A stretch of 64,000 nt of DNA from Stegostoma tigrinum (Eukaryota): assembly GCF_030684315.1 (NCBI RefSeq), contig NC_081391.1:26350888-26414887 (forward strand), read 5' to 3'. A program made the position numbers and the translations under genes. Numbering within the stretch: position 1 is the first letter of the stretch; each line of letters starts with the position of its first letter. The notes beneath the pieces are model-generated. The model saw only the letters and a program-made list of their open reading frames with translations. It ran no database searches and had not been told where the DNA came from. Below are positions 56,349 to 64,000 of this stretch, piece by piece.

Positions 56349-59300
56349 CACCCCACACAACCCCGCGCCCACACACACACACAACACCCCACACAACCCC
56401 GCGCCCACACACACTCACACTACACCCCACACAAACGCCGTGCCCACACACGCACACACTACACCCTACACAAACCCCGCGCCCACATGCGCTATACACA
56501 CCACACAAACCCCGTGCCCACACACACTATACACCCCACACAAACCCTGCGCCCACACACACTATACACCGCACACAAACCCTGCGCCCACACACACTAT
56601 TCACCCCACACAAACCCTGCGCCCACACACACTATACACCCCACACAAACCCTGCGCCCACACACACTATACACCCCACACAAACCCTGCGCCCACACAC
56701 ACTATACACCCCACACAAACCCTGCGCCCACACACACTACACACCCCACACAAACCCTGAGCCCACACGCGCTATACACCCCACACAAACCCCACGCCCA
56801 CATGCGCTATACACCCCACACAAACCCTGCGTCCACACACACACACAACACCCCACACAACCCCGCGCCCACACACACTCACACTACACCCCACACAAAC
56901 GCCGCACCCACACACTCACACACTACACCCCACACAAACCCCGCGCCCACACGCGCTATACACACCACACAAACCCCGTGCCCACACGCGCTATACACCC
57001 TACACTACCCTGCAGCCACACACACTATACACCCCACACAAACCCTGCGCCCACACACACACAAAACACCCCACACAACCCCGCGCCCACACACTCTCAC
57101 ACTACACCCCACACAAACGCCGCGCCCACACACTCACACATTACACCCCACACAAACCCCGCGCCCACACGCGCTATACACACCACACAAACCCCGTGCC
57201 CACACGCGCTATACACCCCACACAAACCCTGCGCCCAAACACACTATACACCCCACACAAACCCTGCGCCCACACACACTATACACCCCACACAAACCCT
57301 GCACCCACACACACTATACACCCCACACAAACCCTGCGCCCACACACACTACACCCCACACAAACCCTGCGCCCACACACACACTACACCCCACACAAAC
57401 CCTGCGCCCACACACACACACCCAACACAAAACCTGCGCCCACACACGCTATACACCCCACACAAACCCTGCGCCCACACACACTATACACCCCATACAA
57501 ACCCCGCACCCACACACACTCAAAAACACACTACACCCCACACAAACGCCGCGCCCACACACTCACACACTACACCCTACACAAACCCCGCGCCCACATG
57601 CGCTATACACCCCACACAAACCCTGCGCCCACACACTATACACCCCACACAAACCCTGCGCCCACACACACTATACACCGCACACAAACCCTGCGCCCAC
57701 ACACACTATACACCCCACACAAACCCTGCGCCCACACACACTATACACCCCACACAAACCCTGCGCCCACACACACTATACACCCCACACAAACCCTGCG
57801 CCCACACACACTATACACCCCACACAAACCCTGCGCCCACACACACTACACACCCCACACAAACCCTGAGCCCACACGCGCTATACACCCCACACAAACC
57901 CCACGCCCACATGCGCTATACACCCCACACAAACCCTGCGTCCACACACACACACAACACCCCACACAACCCCGCGCCCACACACACTCACACTACACCC
58001 CACACAAACGCCGCACCCACACACTCACACACTACACCCCACACAAACCCCGCGCCCACACGCGCTATACACACCACACAAACCCCGTGCCCACACGCGC
58101 TATACACCCTACACTACCCTGCAGCCACACTCACTATACACCCCACACAAACCCTGCGCCCACACACACTATACACCCCACACAAACCCTGCACCCACAC
58201 ACACTATACACCCCACACAAACCCTGCGCCCACACACACTATACACCCCACACAAACCCTGCGCCCAAACACACACTACACCCCACACAAACCCTGCGCC
58301 CACATACACTACACACCCCACACAAACCCTGAGCCCACACGCGCTATACACCCCACACAAACCCCACGCCCACATGCGCTATACACCCCACACAAACCCT
58401 GCGTCCACACACACGCACAACACCCCACACAACCCCGCGCCCACACACACTCACACTACACCCCACACAAACGCCGCACCCACACACTCACACACTACAC
58501 CCCACACAAACCCCGCGCCCACACGCGCTATACACACCACACAAACCCCGTGCCCACACGCGCTATACACCCTACACTACCCTGCAGCCACACACACTAT
58601 ACACCCCACACAAACCCTGCGCCCACACACACACAAAACACCCCACACAACCCCGCGCCCACACTCTCACACTACACCCCACACAAACGCCGCGCCCACA
58701 CACTCACACATTACACCCCACACAAACCCCGCGCCCACACGCGCTATACACACCACACAAACCCCGTGCCCACACGCGCTATACACCCCACACAAACCCT
58801 GCGCCCAAACACACTATACACCCCACACAAACCCTGCGCCCACACACACTATACACCCCACACAAACCCTGCACCCACACACACTATACACCCCACACAA
58901 ACCCTGCGCCCACACACACACTACACCCCACACAAACCCTGCGCCCACACACACACTACACCCCACACAAACCCTGCGCCCACACACACACACCCAACAC
59001 AAAACCTGCGCCCACACACGCTATACACCCCACACAAACCCTGCGCCCACACACACTATACACCCCATACAAACCCCGCGCCCACACACACTCAAAAACA
59101 CACTACACCCCACACAAACCCTGCGCGCACACACACTCAAAAACACACAACACCCGACACAAGCCCTGCACCCACACACACTATACACCCACACAAACGC
59201 CATGCCCACACACACTATACACCCCACACAAACCCTGTGCCGACACACACTATACACCCCACACAAACCCTGCGCCCACACACACTATACACCCCACACA

Positions 59301-62286
59301 AACCCTGCGCCCACACACACACTATACACCCAACACAAGCCCCGCGCCCACACACTCTCACACTATACCCCACACAAACGCCGCGCCCACACACACTATA
59401 CACCCCACACAAACACCGCGCCCACACACACTATACACCCCACACAAACCCTGCACCCACAAACGCTATACACCCGACACAAACCCTGCGCCCACACACA
59501 CTATACGCCCCACACACACACCACACCCCACAAAAACCCTGCGCCCACACACACACTACACCCCACACAAACCCTGCGCCCACACACACACTACACCCCA
59601 CACAAACCCTGCGCCCTCACGCGCTATACACCCCACACAAACCCTGCGCCCACACACACTATACACCCCATACAAACCCCGCGCCCACACACACTCAAAA
59701 ACACACAACACCCCACACAAGCCCTGCGCCCACACACACTATACACCCCACACAAACGCCGTGCCCACACACACTATACACCCCACACAAACCCTGTGCC
59801 CACACACACTATACACCCCACACTAACCCTGCGCCCACACACACACTATACACCCCACACAAGCCCCGCGCCCACACACTCTCACACTATACCCCACACA
59901 AACGCCGCGCCCACACACACTATACACCCCACACAAACGCCGCGCCCACACACACTATACACCCCACACAAACCCTGCACCCACACACGCTATACACCCG
60001 ACACAAACCCTGCGCCCACACACACTATACGCCCCACACACACACTACACCCCACAAAAACCCTGCGCCCACACACACACTACACCCCACACAAACCCTG
60101 CGCCCACACACACACTACACCCCACACAAACCCTGCGCCCTCACGCGCTATACACCCCACACAAACCCTGCGCCCACACACACACACACACAAACCCTGC
60201 GCCCACACACACTATACACCCCACACAAACCCTGCGCCCACACACACTATACGCCCCACACACACACTACACCCCACAAAAACCCTGCGCCCACACACAC
60301 ACTACACCCCACACAAACCCTGCGCCCACACACACACTACACCCCACACAAACCCTGCGCCCACACACACTATACACCCCACACAAACCCTGCGCCCACA
60401 CACACTACACCCCACACAAACCCTGCGCCCACACACACTATACACCTCACACAAACCCCGCGCCCACACACACTGTACACCCCACACAAACCCTGCGCCC
60501 ACACACACTATACACCCCACACAAACCCTGCGCCCACACACACTACACCCCACACAAAACCCCCCACACACGCACACTCGAAGAATCCAAGGGAAAAGTT
60601 CAGGAAGTTTAAATTTCCAGTTCCCCTGCTCCCTGGGCCCTTTAGAAAGCCTCTTGGTTTTGTAGTTACTGCATTGTCTTGTATAGTTATTCAGGGAAAT
60701 ATCTCAAATAACGCCTGGGCAAGGGACCCCTCAATCACTCACACCGACCCCTGCTCCCCAATATGTCTCCCTTCCATCTCCCACATCTCCATCTTTATCC
60801 CCTCCTTATCTCCTCTCAGCCCCACAACACCCCCACCTCAATCCTCGCAATCGGATTCGCTGGCCTTGACAGCAGGTGGGGCTAGTGAGCCCACTGCAGG
60901 GAGGTTAATTCCCACTGGGCCCTGATTCCCCATGCAAGTGACCAGGGGGTGGGGGCAGGTGCTGTTCTACCCCACCGACTTCTGTTGGGCTCTGGGAGCA
61001 CAATCCAATGGAATGTGAGAGAGGGGTTTGGGATCCGGGGAAAGGTACCTTGTAGCTTCCATTTGAGGCTGGATCATGTTGAATGTCCGTATTAGTCTCT
61101 CTGTGTTTCTGTTTCTGTTCCCTCTGGGATGGGTGATGTCCTGCAGCAGGCTCACTGTATTCAGAATTGTTACACAGAGCATAATCCACCTCTCGGGGCA
61201 ACGGGGGCCTCTGAGGGACATCAGCCACTGCCTGCAGGGTAAGGCACAAACATAGAGAAATGGAATCCAGCTTCCCACAATATCCTCAATAAACAGCCTT
61301 TCCCCCCACTCTCTTCATATCACCAAAGCAGCTTCTTTCTATGTCCCTCAGCCTACTCAGCTCAAGCAGGGAAACCCTGTTTCCTGTTGTTGCTCATGTC
61401 CAATAATCCGCAGTGAGGCGATGATTCACACTGTCATTCGTTTGGTTCACTCACCTGGCCGTGGGGAGGCGACTGCCTACACATTGGAGCTGGCAGTGGG
61501 GGTAACAGAGCCGCGGTTTGTGGAGACACTCGGAGCAGCTCAGGCGACAGATCCCAGGCAGCGGGAGCTGTCAGTAACATCACTGCCAAGGAAAGGGTAA
61601 ACACAGAGAAATGGCTTCAAACAGGAGAAATACAAACATTGTTCCCACAGCTTTCAACACAGCCCACAGTCACACGAGATGAAGAGGCACAGGACCCTGG
61701 GATGTGTTGGGCAGTCAGGGCTAAGGAAACTCACACCATGGATTCTGTACAGTCAGGATCCCAGTGCTATAGGTTCTACAACAAAATGGATGCCATGACT
61801 GATAAATTCTTTAGGAAATTATAACAATACATATAGATTCTACAGGGTGTGACTATGACTACGTATCAAGGTGAACATTCGTGTGGGACCTCATACCCCA
61901 GTGAGGGTCAGTGTGTGAGTATGAGACCCTGTACCTCAGTGAGGGTCAGAGTGTGTGTGTGAGAGTGTGTGTGTGAGAGACAGTGTACCCCAGTCAGAGT
62001 CAGGCTGTGTGAAAGTAAGCCACTGACGTGTACTTGGGGGTGTATCACAGAGAATCTATTACAGCGACGGTCAGAGTCTGGACTGGTCAGTATCCTGGTG
62101 TCTGGTCGCCATGTCAGACTGGGTCTGGGTCCGTCTGTGGTTGAGGGGGTCAATACTCAGTGTTGGCACCTTCTTACCTGACTGTGGGTTTGACTCGATT
62201 GCAGCTTGGAATCTCTTCCTGTTGCTGCTGAGTCCTGAAAAGACATCATCGATCATCCAGAGGTCCCGCTGTGCCTCTCCTTGTTC
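46115..62286 (-). CDS. PLEKHA4: Pleckstrin homology domain-containing family A member 4-like (PLEKHA4/5/6/7 family), 3' part; exons 62178-62286, 61455-61582, 61049-61231, 53573-53728, 50857-51111, 49737-49867, 47665-47789, 46115-46344; 5' exons lie beyond the window
   Basis: Family motifs QRDLWMIDDVFSGLSSN, PQRPPLP, KGKMSAEEQMERMKRHQ, RYIDVNPETPLSPEQLQEK...KIKTMIA, WIINLSYSLATEVSQHSK. Exon phases join consistently. Paralog assigned by linkage to DHDH/RPS11 (inference); extra exons could have been missed. Confidence 0.72.
46746..47560. repeat. 70-bp satellite GGGAGTGTTAGATGGGGACAGTGTAGAGGGAGCTTTACTCTGTATCTAACCCCGTGCTGTCCCTGTCCCT, ~8 near-perfect plus degenerate copies
   Basis: Period 70 (GGACAGTGTA at 46761, 46831, 46901, 46971). 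Confidence 0.95.
47912..48250. repeat. ~31-bp minisatellite CCCCAGAATAACAGGG(G/A)CACAG..., ~11 copies
   Basis: Directly visible. Confidence 0.9.
48313..49065. mobile_element. Perfect PLE-terminus palindrome
   Basis: Arms 48326-48671 and 48674-49019 with a 2-nt spacer; TSD CGAAGGCTGGAAATCC at 48313-48328 and 49050-49065. Confidence 0.93.
51447..52160 (-). mobile_element. CR1-like LINE 3' fragment
   Basis: ORFs [41 protein letters not shown] and FFTQRVVREWNALP. Confidence 0.9.
52200..53135 (+). mobile_element. Degraded PLE remnants with two hammerhead-like termini (about 52622 and 53045)
   Basis: CTGATGAAGAGTTACCAGACTCAAAA and CTGAAGAAGAGTTACACCAGACTCGAAAC; a related minus-strand terminus lies at about 51235-51365. 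Confidence 0.55.
53857..60575. repeat. CA-rich ~33-35-bp satellite (CACACTATACACCCCACACAAACCCTGCGCCCA) of 6.7 kb in a PLEKHA intron
   Basis: Directly visible; source of the spurious His/Thr/Pro ORFs. Confidence 0.95.
55770..55930. other. Assembly gap (161 N)
   Basis: Run of N. Confidence 1.
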
Positions 62287-62459
62287 CTGATTGATTAAAA
62301 ACAATTCGAATCGCTGAAGTTACTTCACCAAATAACCAATCATCAGAGAGGACAGCCAAACTCTCCAGCCTGATCCTCAGGTAACAAGGTTTGGAGCTGG
62401 ATGAACACAGCAGGCCAAGCAGCATCAGAGGAGCAGGAAAGCTGACGTTTTGGGCCTGG

Positions 62460-62464
62460 TGCGC

Positions 62465-62501
<37 letters not shown>

Positions 62502-64000
62502 TGTATGTGTGTGTATGTGTGTGTGTGAGAGAGAAGGTGAGTGAGAGTGAGAATGTGAGAGTGTGAGTCAGAGTGAGAATGTGAGAGTGGGAGTGTGTGA
62601 GTGAGAATGTGTGAGTGAGAGTGAGAATGAATGAGTGAGAGTGTGAGTGTGAGCCAGAGTGAGTGGGAGGGTGGGTGTGAGTCAGAGTGAGGGTGTGATA
62701 GTGTGGGGGAGGGTGTGAGAGTGAGTGAGGGGGGTGATAGTGCGGGGGTGGGTGTGAGGGTGAGTGAGGGGGTGAGTGAGGGGGTGAGTGAGGGGGTGAT
62801 AGTGCGGGGGTGAGTGTGAGAGTGAGTGAGGGGGTGAGTGTGAGGGTGAGTGTGAGGGTGAGTGAGGGGGTGAGTGAGGGGGTGAGTGAGGGGGTGGGTG
62901 TGAGGGTGAGTGAGGGGGTGAGTGAGGGGGTGAGTGAGGGGGTGGGTGTGAGGGTGAGTGAGGGGGTGAGTGAGGGGGTGAGTGAGGGGGTGGGTGTGAG
63001 GGTGAGTGAGGGGGTGAGTGAGGGGGTGGGTGTGAGGGTGGGTGTGAGGGTGAGTGAGGGGGTGAGTGAGGGGGTGAGTGAGGGGGTGAGTGAGGGGGTG
63101 GGTGTGAGGGTGGGTGTGAGGGTGAGTGAGGGGGTGAGTGAGGGGGTGGGTGTGAGAGTGAGTGAGGGGGTGAGTGAGGGGGTGAGTGAGGGGGTGAGTG
63201 AGGGGGTGAGTGAGGGGGTGGGTGTGAGAGTGAGTGTGAGGGTGAGTGAGGGGGTGAGTGAGGGGGTGGGTGTGAGAGTGAGTGAGGGGGTGAGTGAGGG
63301 GGTGGGTGTGAGAGTGAGTGAGGGGGTGAGTGAGGGGGTGAGTGAGGGGGTGAGTGAGGGGGTGAGTGAGGGGGTGGGTGTGAGAGTGAGTGTGAGGGTG
63401 AGTGAGGGGGTGAGTGAGGGGGTGAGTGAGGGGGTGAGTGTGAGAGTGAGTGAGGGGGTGAGTGAGGGGGTGAGTGTGAGGGTGGGTGTGAGGGTGAGTG
63501 AGGGGGTGAGTGAGGGGGTGGGTGTGAGAGTGAGTGAGGGGGTGAGTGAGGGGGTGAGTGAGGGGGTGATAGTGCGGGGGTGAGTGTGAGAGTGAGTGAG
63601 GGGGTGAGTGAGGGGGTGAGTGTGAGGGTGAGTGCGGGGGTGGGTGTGAGGGTGAGTGAGGGGGTGAGTGAGGGGGTGAGTGAGGGGGTGAGTGTGAGGG
63701 TGAGTGAGGGGGTGAGTGAGGGGGGTGAGTGAGGGGGTGGGTGTGAGGGTGAGTGAGGGGGTGTGTGTGAGGGTGAGTGAGGGGGTGAGTGAGGGGGTGA
63801 TAGTGAGGGGGTGAGTGAGGGGGTGATAGTGAGGGGGTGTGTGAGGGGGTGATAGTGAGGGGGTGTGTGTGAGGGTGTGTGTGAGGGTGAGTGAGGGGGT
63901 GAGTGTGAGAGTGAGTGAGGGGGTGAGTGTGAGAGTGAGTGAGGGGGTGATAGTGCGCGGGTGATAGTGAGGGGGTGATAGTGAGGGGGTGATAGTGCGA
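62460..64000. repeat. (GT)n microsatellite grading into a 12-bp GTGAGTGAGGGG array, preceded by a short PLE terminus (62392-62458)
   Basis: Directly visible. Confidence 0.95.

Noticed and set aside
60735-60895. Possible extra PLEKHA exon (acceptor-like CTGCAG and donor-like GTGAGT on minus)
   Set aside because: Stop codon in the required phase-0 frame.
54032-60925. 2297-aa and other His/Thr/Pro or Cys/Val/Gly ORFs
   Set aside because: Translations of a CA-rich satellite spanning an N gap, open in several frames and lying in a PLEKHA intron.
62810-63583. 257-aa VSEG-repeat ORF; telomere-like appearance
   Set aside because: 12-bp GTGAGTGAGGGG array, not TTAGGG and not coding.

Overview
Eukaryotic (vertebrate) genomic DNA, most likely a cartilaginous fish (inferred from the repeat content and slowly evolving proteins). 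Five spliced protein-coding genes were reconstructed by hand from splice sites and reading frames: THAP7 (-, 4 coding exons, 353 aa) head-to-head with ZBTB45 (+, 2 coding exons, 609 aa); RPS11 (+, 5 exons, 158 aa), which hosts an intronic U35/SNORD35 C/D snoRNA; DHDH (-, 7 exons, 334 aa, one GC-AG intron), tail-to-tail with RPS11; and the 3' eight exons of a PLEKHA4/5/6/7-family gene (-, probably PLEKHA4). The non-coding DNA holds many Penelope-like retroelement (PLE; RT + GIY-YIG) insertions, CR1-like LINE fragments, SINEs, a MITE, several mini/satellites and a 161-N gap. The most striking pattern is the PLE copies. Most are head-to-head inverted hairpins of about 100 bp to 2.3 kb with 8-17 bp target-site duplications, and their ends carry minimal hammerhead-ribozyme cores (CTGATGA...GAAACGTC). 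One is a perfect 346-bp-arm palindrome, one displaced the stop codon of the PLEKHA gene, and one lies downstream of the ZBTB45 stop. Most long ORFs in the supplied track are repeat artefacts.
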